Below, in pieces: positions 7,901-18,338 of a DNA stretch of 64,000 bases (positions are counted from its first letter, which is position 1; every line of letters starts with the position of its first letter). The notes under the pieces were generated by a model. The model worked only from the letters and a program-made list of their open reading frames with translations, was not told the DNA's origin and made no database searches. Source of the DNA: Terriglobia bacterium (lineage in GTDB: Bacteria; Acidobacteriota; Terriglobia; Bryobacterales; Bryobacteraceae); NCBI GenBank assembly GCA_010084195.1, contig RGPS01000004.1, positions 12,000 through 75,999 of the forward strand, read 5' to 3'. Both the position numbers and the translations under genes were made by a program.

Positions 7901-9225
7901 TGCGTTACAACCCACCCAGTCCGCTGGAAACTCCGGTACTGTCTCGCCGGTTTCGGCTCCCGAATTCGCAGTCGATTGATACGTACCTCGCCACTGACGG
8001 CTACAAGGGCTTTGAAAAAGCCACTGGTATGACGCAGGACGAGATCATCGGCGAGGTGAAGACCTCCATTCTCCGTGGTCGCGGCGGCGCAGGCTTCCCG
8101 ACGGGAATGAAGTGGGGCTTTGTGCCCCGCACCTCGCCCAAACCCAAGTACATCGTAGTGAATGCTGACGAATCTGAGCCGGGTACCTGCAAGGACCGTC
8201 TGCTGATGGAATTCGATCCCCACCAGTTGATTGAAGGCGTGCTGATTGCCGGCCTTGCGGTTGGCGCACAGCAGGGTTACATCTATATTCGCGGCGAATT
8301 CCGATACCTGATCGGCGTGATGGATAAGGCCATCGATGAAGCGTACGCGAAGGGTTACCTTGGCGATAACATTCTCGGCAAGGGCATTAAGTTCAATCTG
8401 GCGACGCACTCTGGTGCCGGCGCTTACGAGTGCGGGGAAGAATCGGCATTGCTGGAATCATTCGAAGGCAAGCGCGGCAATCCTCGGATTCGGCCTCCGT
8501 TTCCGGCCGTGGCGGGCGCCTATCAGTGCCCCACCATTCTGAACAATGTGGAAACGTTCTGCGCAGTGCCCTCCATCATCCTTAACGGGGGTGCGTGGTT
8601 TGCCGGTCTGGGAACTCCGAAAAACGGCGGTACGCGGATGTTCTGCCTTTCCGGGCATGTGAATAAACCCGGTGTGTATGAACTGCCCATGGGCTTCAAC
8701 CTGATGCGCATGATCAACGAAGTCGGCGGCGGCATACGGGGCGGCAAGAAACTGAAGGCCGTGGTGCCGGGTGGTTCTTCGTGCCCGATTCTGAAGGCCG
8801 ACGAGTGTGATTTGGCGATGGATTACGACACCGTCGCAGCGGCGAAGTCGATGCTGGGTTCAGGTGGCGTGGTGGTTCTGGATGAAGACACCTGCATGGT
8901 GAACTTTGCGCTTCGGATCATGCGTTTCTATGCTCACGAAAGCTGTGGCTGGTGTATCCCGTGCCGTGAAGGTACGACCTGGCTGAAGAAGCTGTTGACC
9001 CGTTTTCATGAGGGTCAGGGACAGCGCAGCGATATCGTCATGATTGGCGATCTTTCAAAGAATATGTTGGGGCGGACCTTCTGTCCGCTGGGCGATGCGG
9101 CCGCGATGCCGACGATCGCGATTGTGGAGAAATTCCGCGAAGAGTTTGAAGCCCATCTCGATGGCAAACCCTGCCCCTACGAGAACAAAGGGTCTTACTT
9201 TAGCAACTCGGGGTTGGCGGCATAA
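7900..9225 (+). CDS. nuoF: NADH-quinone oxidoreductase subunit F (51 kDa, FMN/NADH site)
   Basis: Contains the GRGGAGFPTGMKW and ESCGWCIPCREG motifs. Overlaps the nuoE stop (tgATG). Confidence 0.95.
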   Translation: MRYNPPSPLETPVLSRRFRLPNSQSIDTYLATDGYKGFEKATGMTQDEIIGEVKTSILRGRGGAGFPTGMKWGFVPRTSPKPKYIVVNADESEPGTCKDRLLMEFDPHQLIEGVLIAGLAVGAQQGYIYIRGEFRYLIGVMDKAIDEAYAKGYLGDNILGKGIKFNLATHSGAGAYECGEESALLESFEGKRGNPRIRPPFPAVAGAYQCPTILNNVETFCAVPSIILNGGAWFAGLGTPKNGGTRMFCLSGHVNKPGVYELPMGFNLMRMINEVGGGIRGGKKLKAVVPGGSSCPILKADECDLAMDYDTVAAAKSMLGSGGVVVLDEDTCMVNFALRIMRFYAHESCGWCIPCREGTTWLKKLLTRFHEGQGQRSDIVMIGDLSKNMLGRTFCPLGDAAAMPTIAIVEKFREEFEAHLDGKPCPYENKGSYFSNSGLAA

Positions 9226-11300
9226 TGGCTGATCTGGTTAAATTTACGATCAACGGACAAGAGCTGGAAGCTCCTGCCGGGATGCTGGTTATTGAAGCGG
9301 CAAAGCAGAATGGGATTGAGATTCCGTCCTTCTGCTACTACGAGGGCTACTCGTTGCAGGCAGCCTGCCGCATGTGTCTGGTGGAAGTGGAAAAAATGCC
9401 CAAGATGCAGGTGGCGTGCACGCTGCAGGTAGGCGCGGGCATGGTTATCCGCACGGAAACCGACCAGGTGCAGGCGGCACGGAAATCGACCCTTGAATTC
9501 CTGCTGACGAACCACCCTCTGGATTGCCCGGTTTGTGATAAGGGCGGGGAGTGCGAACTGCAGGACATGGTGTTCCGCTACGGTGCGGGCGAGAGTCGCT
9601 ACACCGAAACCAAAATCCATGTGGACGAACAGCAGTGGTCGCCGGTCGTGTTTTACGATGCACCCCGTTGTATTCTTTGCTTCCGCTGCGTACGCGCCTG
9701 CGATGAAGGCATGGGTGTTAGCGCTTTGGGCGTTGTGAACCGCGGCGCGATGTCACTGATTGCTCCGAATAAAGGCGATCATCTGGAATGCGACGAGTGC
9801 GGCCAGTGTATTGATATCTGCCCGGTGGGCGCGTTGACGAGCGGTGCTTACCGTTACCAGACGCGGCCATGGGAAATGGAACATGTCGGCACCATCTGCA
9901 CGCACTGTTCGGATGGCTGCAAGACCACCCTCGGTGTGCGCAACGACGAAATTGTACGCGGCAACAACCGGGATCGCTCGGGTGTGAATGGCGAATTCCT
10001 GTGTATCAAGGGACGCTACGCTTTTGACTTCAGTGAGAGCACGGAGCGTTTGCAGTCGCCCATGATTCGGGTGAACGGCAAGCTGGAAGAGGTCTCCTGG
10101 TCGAAGGCTCTGGACACTATCGCGAAGAAATTTGCTGAGGTGAAGGCGAAGGGCGGCAAGTTCGGCGTCATCGGGTCCAATCAGACCACGAACGAAGAAA
10201 ATTACTACCTGCAGAAGTTCGCCCGGCAGGGCTTGGGCACGAACAATATTGATCACCAGAGGACTGGTGATGTGGTGACGCTGGTGGACGCGCTTTCGGG
10301 AACTACCGGACGGCTGGCGAAGACGGCAGATTTCTACGAGAGCCAGGCAGTTTTGGTGATCGGGGCTGATCTTGCGGTTGAGCATCCGTTCCTTGCGTTC
10401 CAGATTCGTGCGAACTTCCGGCACCATGAAGCGCATGTTTATGCGGTGACGGCGGATACGGTTCGCGAAGATCTGGTTGCCACGCGGTCGGTTCGTGCGA
10501 CGCGCGGCGAAGAACTGGCGAGCCTGGAGGCTCTGCGTGAAGCGCTGGCCGCCGAAAAGAACCTGGTGATCGTCTTTGGTGATTCCATCAAGGGTGACAA
10601 GGTTCGGTCTCTGGTGGCCTTCGGCGAAACTCTGGGTATTCCGGTTAGTTATTGCGCTCTGGTTGACTACTCGAATTCACGCGGTGCCATCGATATGGGC
10701 CTGGTTGCCGAACTGAACCCCGGTTACCATGCGTCCGGTGCGGCAGGTGCGAGCATCGACGAAATGCTGGCGGCAAACGACCTGGCGGCCCTTTGGGTTG
10801 TCGGTTCGAATCCGCTACAGCACACCAAACTGGCAGCCTCCCGAGCGTTCGTGGTGGTGCAGGATCTTTTCCTCACCGAAACCGCGCAACGTGCCGACGT
10901 GGTTTTGCCCTCGGCTTCGGCTTACGAAAAGAACGGCACGGTAACCAACGGCTGCGGCGAAGTGCAGCGCCTAAAGCGCGCTTCTGCAACGATGGGCACC
11001 AAGACCGACCTGGAAATCATCGGTCTGATCGCCAAGGAAATGGGGCTGGCTCCTTTGATGGGGCCGTGGCTCCCTGAAACGGTCTACGCCGAGATCCGCA
11101 AGTCCGTGAAGGGGTACGATATTCCACTACCGCTGGTCACTATCGGCGCCCAGCAGACCGCGCCTGTGAATGGCCGGGTTGGTGTGGATTCCCGCCCCGA
11201 CCTGATTCGCTCCTCGCACGACAATTTGTTCACGTCGGGCACGCTTGGCCGATACTCAACAGTTCTCAATTCCGTAATTGAGGGAAGGCAGAGCCGCTGA
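9225..11300 (+). CDS. nuoG: NADH-quinone oxidoreductase subunit G (75 kDa, short form)
   Basis: Contains the N-terminal 2Fe-2S and 4Fe-4S motifs (FCYYEGYSLQAACRMCLVEV, HPLDCPVCDKGGECELQ, CILCFRCVRAC) followed by a molybdopterin-like domain. Confidence 0.95.
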   Translation: MADLVKFTINGQELEAPAGMLVIEAAKQNGIEIPSFCYYEGYSLQAACRMCLVEVEKMPKMQVACTLQVGAGMVIRTETDQVQAARKSTLEFLLTNHPLDCPVCDKGGECELQDMVFRYGAGESRYTETKIHVDEQQWSPVVFYDAPRCILCFRCVRACDEGMGVSALGVVNRGAMSLIAPNKGDHLECDECGQCIDICPVGALTSGAYRYQTRPWEMEHVGTICTHCSDGCKTTLGVRNDEIVRGNNRDRSGVNGEFLCIKGRYAFDFSESTERLQSPMIRVNGKLEEVSWSKALDTIAKKFAEVKAKGGKFGVIGSNQTTNEENYYLQKFARQGLGTNNIDHQRTGDVVTLVDALSGTTGRLAKTADFYESQAVLVIGADLAVEHPFLAFQIRANFRHHEAHVYAVTADTVREDLVATRSVRATRGEELASLEALREALAAEKNLVIVFGDSIKGDKVRSLVAFGETLGIPVSYCALVDYSNSRGAIDMGLVAELNPGYHASGAAGASIDEMLAANDLAALWVVGSNPLQHTKLAASRAFVVVQDLFLTETAQRADVVLPSASAYEKNGTVTNGCGEVQRLKRASATMGTKTDLEIIGLIAKEMGLAPLMGPWLPETVYAEIRKSVKGYDIPLPLVTIGAQQTAPVNGRVGVDSRPDLIRSSHDNLFTSGTLGRYSTVLNSVIEGRQSR

Positions 11301-12520
11301 TGGAATTCCTCGTCATTACCGGTGTGAAACTCGCGCTGATTCTGTTTATCTTCATGACCGCCCTGGCATATCTACAGTGGGTGGAGCGTAAGGTGATCGC
11401 GCACGTTCAGGTCCGCATGGGCCCTTCGCGCGTCGGCCCCCACGGTTTGTTACAGCCGCTGGCGGACGTGATTAAGCTGATCACTAAAGAAGGCGTTCTG
11501 CCTCCTCACGTGAACAAGTTTTACTACCTGGCAGCACCTTTCTTCGCTGTGTTCATGGCGCTGATTTCGATCTCCATAATCCCGTTCGGTACTGACCTGA
11601 CGATTCCGGCTATTACGCTGGGCGGTGCCACTTACGGTCCCTGGAAGACGATGATGGAACTGGCCGATGTTAACGTTGGTGTCCTGCTGATTCTGGCGGT
11701 GAGCTCACTCGGCGTTTACGGCATCGCGCTTGCGGGTTGGTCGTCCAACAATAAGTACGCTCTGCTTGGTGGTCTCCGCAGCTCCGCTCAGATGATCAGC
11801 TATGAATTGCCGATGTCTTTGGCAATTGCGGCCCCGCTCCTGACTGCGGGCAGCCTTAGTCTCCGGACCATCGCGGACACTCAAACCGGTTTCTATTTCG
11901 GCGTGATCCCCCACTGGGCGATCTTCCAATTCCCGGCTCCACAGATCTTCTCATTCATCATCTTCATGATCGCCGCCTTCGCGGAAACCAACCGTATCCC
12001 GTTCGATCTTCCGGAAGCGGAGAACGAACTCGTTGCCGGCTTCCACGTGGAATACAGCAGCATGTCGTTCGCAGCCTTTTTCATGGCCGAATACGCGAAC
12101 ATGGTCACGGTCTGTTCGGTGGCGACGATCCTGTACCTCGGCGGCTGGCAGCCTTTGTTCCCGGCATCTCTTGGGTCCGATCTGATTGCTCCCCTGCTTC
12201 TTGCCGGTTGCGGTGCCATCTGTCTCTATCACGGATTACACCCGGCGCGCCCGTTTGACCGCATTACCCTGCCGGTGTTCGCGGTGGTCTTCTTTGGGCT
12301 GGCTGGGCTGATGGCCTTCCCGCCCACCATTCCGATCCTGATGCCCATCTTCTGGTTCCTGGCGAAGTTGCTGTTCCTGCTCTTCCTCTTCGTTTGGATT
12401 CGCGCCACGCTGCCCCGCTTCCGTTATGACCAACTGATGGGTTTTGCGTGGAAGTTCCTGTTCCCGGTCGCGTTGTTAAATCTACTCATCACCGGCTTCC
12501 TGGTGGCCTTGGCTTCCTAA
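11300..12520 (+). CDS. nuoH: NADH-quinone oxidoreductase subunit H
   Basis: Polytopic membrane protein with the ERKVIAHVQVRMGPSRVGPHGLLQPLAD and AETNRIPFDLPEAENELVAGFHVEYS signatures. At 406 aa it is longer than typical NuoH. Confidence 0.95.
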   Translation: MEFLVITGVKLALILFIFMTALAYLQWVERKVIAHVQVRMGPSRVGPHGLLQPLADVIKLITKEGVLPPHVNKFYYLAAPFFAVFMALISISIIPFGTDLTIPAITLGGATYGPWKTMMELADVNVGVLLILAVSSLGVYGIALAGWSSNNKYALLGGLRSSAQMISYELPMSLAIAAPLLTAGSLSLRTIADTQTGFYFGVIPHWAIFQFPAPQIFSFIIFMIAAFAETNRIPFDLPEAENELVAGFHVEYSSMSFAAFFMAEYANMVTVCSVATILYLGGWQPLFPASLGSDLIAPLLLAGCGAICLYHGLHPARPFDRITLPVFAVVFFGLAGLMAFPPTIPILMPIFWFLAKLLFLLFLFVWIRATLPRFRYDQLMGFAWKFLFPVALLNLLITGFLVALAS

Positions 12521-13020
12521 TGGACCCACTGTTCTTCCTCCTCTTCGCCTTCATCGCCGTCGCTTGCGGCGTGAACGTTGTGCTGCAGAAGCACCCGATT
12601 TCGAGCGCTCTGTCGCTGGTGGCCGTGATGGCGTCTCTTGCCGTCCTCTACCTGCTCCAGGGAGCTGAATTTATTGCGATGGCCCAGATGATTGTGTACG
12701 CCGGTGCCATTATGGTGCTCTTCATCTTCGTCATCATGTTGTTGAATGCCGGTCCTGAAGAAACGAAAGGGCGGTCGTGGGCGGCGCTGATCTTTGGCGT
12801 TCCTGCAATCATCGGCCTGATGGGGGCCCTGGCATACTTCATGCAGACCGGGATGCCGGAGTTGGGCTCCGTCAAGTTTGGCGACTGGAAAGGTGGCGGC
12901 GCATACGAAGTTGGCTATGCCCTCTTCACCGAGTACCTGCTCCCCTTCGAAGTCACTTCTGTTTTGATTCTGATCGCCATTGTCGGCGCTATCGTTCTTG
13001 CGCGAAAGGAAATCGACTAG
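12520..13020 (+). CDS. nuoJ: NADH-quinone oxidoreductase subunit J
   Basis: Starts at the ATG overlapping the nuoH stop (taATG). Has the NuoJ-like pattern [41 protein letters not shown]. The track ORF begins earlier, inside nuoH. Confidence 0.9.
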   Translation: MDPLFFLLFAFIAVACGVNVVLQKHPISSALSLVAVMASLAVLYLLQGAEFIAMAQMIVYAGAIMVLFIFVIMLLNAGPEETKGRSWAALIFGVPAIIGLMGALAYFMQTGMPELGSVKFGDWKGGGAYEVGYALFTEYLLPFEVTSVLILIAIVGAIVLARKEID

Positions 13021-13022
13021 AT

Positions 13023-13364
13023 ATGGATCCGGCGCAGGTAGCGGAAACTCTCAAGCACGGCGCGGTACCCACCGCGTGGTACTTAGCTCTTTCAGCAGTT
13101 CTGTTTGTCATCGGTGTTGCTGGTTTTATTCTCCGCCGCAACATCATCACGGTGTTCATGTGCATTGAATTGATGCTGAATGCTGTGAACCTCAGCTTCA
13201 TCGCCTTTGCGCACGAGCACAAGCAAGTCGCCGGCCACCTGTTCACGTTCTTCGTGATGGTGGTAGCGGCAGCCGAAGCGGCGGTGGGTCTTGCGATTAT
13301 TCTCACGGTGTTCAGGAACCGCTCAACCCTGAATATCGACGAAATCGAGTCTCTGAAGAACTGA
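13023..13364 (+). CDS. nuoK: NADH-quinone oxidoreductase subunit K
   Basis: ATG 13023 gives 113 aa with the NuoK pattern ([23 protein letters not shown]...[11 protein letters not shown]). The track ORF is extended upstream into nuoJ. Confidence 0.9.
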   Translation: MDPAQVAETLKHGAVPTAWYLALSAVLFVIGVAGFILRRNIITVFMCIELMLNAVNLSFIAFAHEHKQVAGHLFTFFVMVVAAAEAAVGLAIILTVFRNRSTLNIDEIESLKN

Positions 13365-15211
13365 TGTTTAAACTCTGGCTCATACCGCTGCTCCCGTTTC
13401 TCGGCTTCCTGATAAACGGTATTTTAGGCAAGAAACTGCCGAAGCTGGCCATCAATGCGGTGGCCGTTGGGAGCGTTCTCGCATCCTTCCTTTGGGTCGC
13501 CCTTGTGGTCGGCCCATCGAGTGACTGGGGTGCCAACAAGCTGCACGCCCACTACTTTACCTGGATAGCCAGTGGAAACTTCCATGTCGGCTGGGATTTC
13601 GCGGTCGACAAGCTGACGATGATCATGCTGATGATCGTCACGGGCATCGGGACTTTGATCCACATTTATGCCACCGGGTATATGGACCACGAGGGTGGCT
13701 ACTATCGCTTCTTCGCCTACCTGAACCTCTTCATGTTCTTCATGTTGAACCTGGTTCTGGCGGCCAACTACCTGATTCTGTTTGTCGGTTGGGAAGGTGT
13801 CGGTCTCTGCAGCTACCTCCTGATTGGCTTTTACTTTCACAAGAAGAGCGCCACCACTGCGGGGAATAAGGCCTTCATCGTCAACCGGGTTGGCGACTTT
13901 GGCTTCGCCATGGCCATGTTCCTGATTGTGATTCAGTTCGGTTCACTCGACTTTACTCCTGTGTTCACCAAGGCCCCGGGGGCTCCGGTAGAAACTCTGA
14001 CGGCAATCGCTTTGCTGATGCTGGTCGGGGCTGCCGGTAAGTCCGCTCAGATTCCCCTCTACGTCTGGCTGCCGGACGCTATGGAAGGTCCCACGCCGGT
14101 TTCGGCTCTGATCCACGCGGCCACCATGGTCACGGCGGGTGTCTACATGTGCTCCCGCTCGGCCGTTATCTTCCTGCATGCGCCTGCCGCGATGGACGTT
14201 GTCGCCCTCATCGGTTTGGCGACCGCGGTTTTCGCTGCCACCATCGGTATCACGCAATACGATATTAAGAAGGTCTTCGCCTACTCTACCGTTTCGCAAC
14301 TCGGGTATATGTTCCTCGGGGTTGGAGTCGGAGCCTTTTCGGCCGGCATCTGGCATCTGATGACCCACGCGTTCTTCAAAGCTCTCCTCTTCCTCGGGGC
14401 TGGTTCGGTGATTCATGCCTGCCACGGTGAACAGGATATGCGCCATATGGGTGGCTTGAAAAAGTATGCACCCTGGACGTGTATCGTTCTGGCCTGCGCG
14501 TCGCTGGCTATCGCCGGCTTCCCCGGAACTTCCGGCTTCTTCAGTAAAGACGCGATTCTGACGGCTGCCTACGAGCACGCTCCCTGGATGTTCTGGGTCG
14601 GCGTAGTCACGGCCGGCATGACCGCATTCTACGTCTGGCGCGCTTTCTGGATGACCTTCTGGGGCGAATATCGCGGACACGGCAAGCCACATGAATCCCC
14701 CATGGTGATGCTGGCACCGCTGATGGTTCTGGCAGTCCTGTCGCTCGGCGGTGGTTTCCTTTTCAATGTCCCCGAAATTCTGAAAGACATGTTCCCGCTG
14801 AAGGAAGAAATTCCGGAAGAGCACATGTTGATGGCGATTTCGGTGGCGGCCGGTCTCATTGGCATTGCAATGTCCTGGTACATGTACGTGGTGAATCAGG
14901 AGCTTCCCGGCAAGATTGCCAACGCGCTGGGTGGCCTGTATCGACTGGTAGATGACAAATATCGCATCGACGAAGCCTATGATGCAGCCATTGTTGAACC
15001 GTTGATTGAGGGGTCATCCGCAGTTCTCTGGAAGACGGTGGATGCAGGGATTATCGACGGGGCCGTGAATGGCGTCGGCTCTCAGGCGCGAGGCATCGGC
15101 AACGTGCTCAAACTTATACAATCCGGCAATATCCGGAGCTACGCCACATGGATTGTGGCGGGCTCGGTTGTCATCATCATCGTGATGGGGATTGCGGGAG
15201 GTGTTCGCTAA
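13364..15211 (+). CDS. nuoL: NADH-quinone oxidoreductase subunit L
   Basis: 615 aa antiporter-like subunit (WEGVGLCSYLLIGF, SAQIPLYVWLPDAMEGPTPVSALIHAATMVTAGV). Confidence 0.95.
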   Translation: MFKLWLIPLLPFLGFLINGILGKKLPKLAINAVAVGSVLASFLWVALVVGPSSDWGANKLHAHYFTWIASGNFHVGWDFAVDKLTMIMLMIVTGIGTLIHIYATGYMDHEGGYYRFFAYLNLFMFFMLNLVLAANYLILFVGWEGVGLCSYLLIGFYFHKKSATTAGNKAFIVNRVGDFGFAMAMFLIVIQFGSLDFTPVFTKAPGAPVETLTAIALLMLVGAAGKSAQIPLYVWLPDAMEGPTPVSALIHAATMVTAGVYMCSRSAVIFLHAPAAMDVVALIGLATAVFAATIGITQYDIKKVFAYSTVSQLGYMFLGVGVGAFSAGIWHLMTHAFFKALLFLGAGSVIHACHGEQDMRHMGGLKKYAPWTCIVLACASLAIAGFPGTSGFFSKDAILTAAYEHAPWMFWVGVVTAGMTAFYVWRAFWMTFWGEYRGHGKPHESPMVMLAPLMVLAVLSLGGGFLFNVPEILKDMFPLKEEIPEEHMLMAISVAAGLIGIAMSWYMYVVNQELPGKIANALGGLYRLVDDKYRIDEAYDAAIVEPLIEGSSAVLWKTVDAGIIDGAVNGVGSQARGIGNVLKLIQSGNIRSYATWIVAGSVVIIIVMGIAGGVR

Positions 15212-15212
15212 C

Positions 15213-16829
15213 ATGACCCTTCTCGACATCATCATCGCGATTCCGGCCCTCGGCTGCATTCTGGCTCTTTTAATTCCCCGGAACCAGGCGCAGTTCAGCA
15301 GGCTTTTCACTCTGGCTGTCTCGCTGGTTACCTTTGTGGCGTCCCTTGGCCTGGTCACCGGCTTTGACCAGAAGGCGACCGGCCAGCAGTTCGTTACCAA
15401 CTTCGTCTGGATTCAAAATCCGGAGATTCACTATCACATTGGAATTGACGGCCTCAGCCTTTGGCTGATTATGCTGGCAACCTTCCTCACCCCGATTGCC
15501 ATTCTGATCTCCTGGAATTACATTCAGGACCGGGCGAAAGAATTCTACGCCTTCCTGCTGCTCCTCGAATTCGGCCTCATCGGCGTCTTCTCCGCGTGGG
15601 ATTTATTCCTTTTCTACGTGTTCTGGGAAGTTGTGCTGATACCGATGTACTTCCTCATCGGTATTTGGGGTCATGATCGCCGCATCTACGCCGCGGTTAA
15701 GTTCTTCCTGTACACGATGGTCGGTTCGGTTCTTATGCTGGCCGCCATTATTTTCCTGTACACACAGGCCGGTACGTTCGATTACGTCACCGTTCTCGAT
15801 ATGCTGCAGAGTGGACGTATCGCACTGACGCACACGGAAGAAACGCTGCTCTTCCTGGCCTTCTTCCTGGCGTTTGCCATCAAGGTGCCGCTCTTCCCGT
15901 TGCACACCTGGCTACCGGACGCGCACGTGGAAGCGCCCACCGCAGGATCCGTCATGCTGGCCTCGGTCATGCTCAAGATGGGGACTTACGGGCTGGTTCG
16001 TTTTTGCCTGCCGATGTTCCCAGGCGCTGCCCGAGAGAATGCTCCCTGGATTGCAACGCTCGCCATTATCGGCATCGTGTACGGTGCTCTGGTAGCCATG
16101 GTCCAGCCCAACATGAAAAAACTGGTGGCCTACTCTTCGGTTAGCCACTTAGGCTTCGTGGTTTTGGGAGTCTTTTCATTCAACCAAATGGGGCTCGACG
16201 GGGCGGTTTACCAAATGCTGAATCACGGTATTTCCACCGGCGCGCTCTTTGTTCTGGTCGGTTTCCTCTACGAGCGGAAGCACTCGCTGGCGATCAAAGA
16301 CTACGGTGGAGTGGCTACGATGGCCCCCTGGTTGTCGATTGTCTTTATGATCACCACCTTCGCCAGCATAGGTCTGCCGACGCTGAATAACTTTGTGGGT
16401 GAATTCCTGGTGTTGCAGGGTGCGGCCATTCGAAGCATTAGCTGGGCGGCCTTTGCCGGCCTCGGCGTTATCCTCTCTGCCTGTTACATGCTCTGGATGT
16501 ACCAGCGAGTCTTCTTCGGTACTGTCGATGGTGTGGAGGCTCCTGCCGACGCCCACGGTGGACATGACGATCACGCCCCCGCAGCACATGGGCATGACGC
16601 ACACGGACATGACTCTCACGGGCATAGCATGCCTGACCTTAGTCCCAGAGAATGGGCCTGCGTAGTACCCCTGGTGGTGATGATGGTTTGGATGGGAATG
16701 TACTCCCAAAGCTTCCTGCCGGTGATCTCGGCCGAGAACGCGAGGATTTTGGACTCCACGCGTAAAAGCCCGATCTCGAGCAATGTGAAGATTACGCCGG
16801 TCACGGGAGGCAGCGCAAATGCTCGCTAA
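15213..16829 (+). CDS. nuoM: NADH-quinone oxidoreductase subunit M
   Basis: ATG lies 2 nt after the nuoL stop. Has the antiporter-like motifs (PLFPLHTWLPDAHVEAPTAGSVMLA) and a His-rich insert near the C-terminus. Confidence 0.95.
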   Translation: MTLLDIIIAIPALGCILALLIPRNQAQFSRLFTLAVSLVTFVASLGLVTGFDQKATGQQFVTNFVWIQNPEIHYHIGIDGLSLWLIMLATFLTPIAILISWNYIQDRAKEFYAFLLLLEFGLIGVFSAWDLFLFYVFWEVVLIPMYFLIGIWGHDRRIYAAVKFFLYTMVGSVLMLAAIIFLYTQAGTFDYVTVLDMLQSGRIALTHTEETLLFLAFFLAFAIKVPLFPLHTWLPDAHVEAPTAGSVMLASVMLKMGTYGLVRFCLPMFPGAARENAPWIATLAIIGIVYGALVAMVQPNMKKLVAYSSVSHLGFVVLGVFSFNQMGLDGAVYQMLNHGISTGALFVLVGFLYERKHSLAIKDYGGVATMAPWLSIVFMITTFASIGLPTLNNFVGEFLVLQGAAIRSISWAAFAGLGVILSACYMLWMYQRVFFGTVDGVEAPADAHGGHDDHAPAAHGHDAHGHDSHGHSMPDLSPREWACVVPLVVMMVWMGMYSQSFLPVISAENARILDSTRKSPISSNVKITPVTGGSANAR

Positions 16830-18279
16830 CTTCACCCCCTCCGCTTCCGATGTCTTACGGTTCCTGCCGGAGACCATTCTGATTACGGCGGGCACACTGA
16901 TGATGGTTCTCGACCCGTTTCTTTCTGCGTCGAAGCCAAAGTTCTTTGGCCACCTGTCGATTCTGGCGTTTATCGCTGCGCTGTTCGCGGCCATCGCTGC
17001 GAACGGTGATCCGGGATTTGCTTATTCGAACCTGCTGGTGGTGGATGGTTTTGCCACCTACTTCCGAATTCTCGTGATAACCATCGGGATCTTCGCGGTC
17101 TTCTCGTCCTATCACTACCTGGATCGGGAAAAAGCGGAAACCAGCGAGTACCATGCGCTGCTGTTGTTCGCCGTGTCGGGCCAGTGTCTGATGGCTGCCT
17201 CGAACGACCTGATCATGATCTTCATCGGCCTCGAAATCTCGTCGATTGCCAGCTATGTTTTGGCCGGGTATCTCCGCCACGACAAACGCAACAACGAAGC
17301 AGCCTTGAAGTACTTCCTGCTGGGTTCGTTCGCCACCGGCTTCCTGCTCTATGGGGTTGCGCTGGTCTACGGTCTCACTGGTTCTACCAAGCTGAATGAA
17401 GTTCATACGGCCATCGCCGCTCCCGGTATCTCTCTGGTGATGGTGAGTGTTGCGGCCGCGCTGATGATCATCGGCCTCGGTTTCAAGGTTTCCGGCGCAC
17501 CGTTCCAGATGTGGGCACCGGACGTCTACCAGGGCGCACCTGCCCCGGTCAGTGCGTTCCTTGCGACAGCCCCCAAGGCCGCTGCTTTCGCGATTTTCCT
17601 GCGCATCTTTGTTACGGCCTTCCAGCCGGTTGCTTCTTCCTGGGAACCAGTGCTCTGGGTTATGGCGCTGCTCTCGATGACCATCGGGAATTTCGCTGCC
17701 CTAACCCAGAAGAATGTGAAGCGCATGCTCGGCTATAGTTCGATTGCGCACGCGGGTTATATTCTCGTCGCCATCACGTCGCGCTCTGAAATTGGTACGA
17801 CAGCCGCGATGTTCTATCTTGCCGCTTATGCTCTGATGAACATCGGTGCTTTCGCGGTCGTGATCCACATGGCAGGCAAGGGTGAAACCAACGTTCAGAT
17901 CGACGATCTGGCTGGTCTGGCGAAGAAGCAACCACTTACGGCTGCTCTCCTGACCGTCTTCATCCTGTCGCTGATCGGCGTTCCGCTGACCGGCGGTTTC
18001 TTCGGCAAGTTCTATATCTTCCGGGCTGCGCTGGAATCGAACCTGGTCTGGCTCGCCGTGCTGGGCCTGCTGAACTCCGCCGTTGCCGCTTATTACTACT
18101 TACGACTGCTGGTTGTTATGTATATGCATGACCCCAGCGAAGCGACCGAGGCTCTGGAACCACTCACGCCGGGTCTGCGCGTCGCGTTGGTCCTGCCTGC
18201 GATCGGTACCTTTATCCTGGGTATCCTGCCCGGCTTCGTGCTGAACTTCGCACGAGACGCGGCAGGTATTGGCAAGTAG
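16819..18279 (+). CDS. nuoN: NADH-quinone oxidoreductase subunit N
   Basis: 486 aa antiporter-like subunit (FKVSGAPFQMWAPDVYQGAPAPVSAFL). Overlaps the nuoM end by 11 nt. Confidence 0.95.
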   Translation: MLANFTPSASDVLRFLPETILITAGTLMMVLDPFLSASKPKFFGHLSILAFIAALFAAIAANGDPGFAYSNLLVVDGFATYFRILVITIGIFAVFSSYHYLDREKAETSEYHALLLFAVSGQCLMAASNDLIMIFIGLEISSIASYVLAGYLRHDKRNNEAALKYFLLGSFATGFLLYGVALVYGLTGSTKLNEVHTAIAAPGISLVMVSVAAALMIIGLGFKVSGAPFQMWAPDVYQGAPAPVSAFLATAPKAAAFAIFLRIFVTAFQPVASSWEPVLWVMALLSMTIGNFAALTQKNVKRMLGYSSIAHAGYILVAITSRSEIGTTAAMFYLAAYALMNIGAFAVVIHMAGKGETNVQIDDLAGLAKKQPLTAALLTVFILSLIGVPLTGGFFGKFYIFRAALESNLVWLAVLGLLNSAVAAYYYLRLLVVMYMHDPSEATEALEPLTPGLRVALVLPAIGTFILGILPGFVLNFARDAAGIGK

Positions 18280-18299
18280 ACACCCGAAAAAACGCCGAC

Positions 18300-18338
18300 A
18301 AAAGTGCCACATCCCACCCGGATGTGGCACTTTTGTTT
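18300..18338 (+). terminator. Rho-independent terminator of the nuo operon
   Basis: Hairpin aaaagtgccacatcc-cacccg-ggatgtggcactttt followed by gttt, 20 nt after the nuoN stop. Confidence 0.7.
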
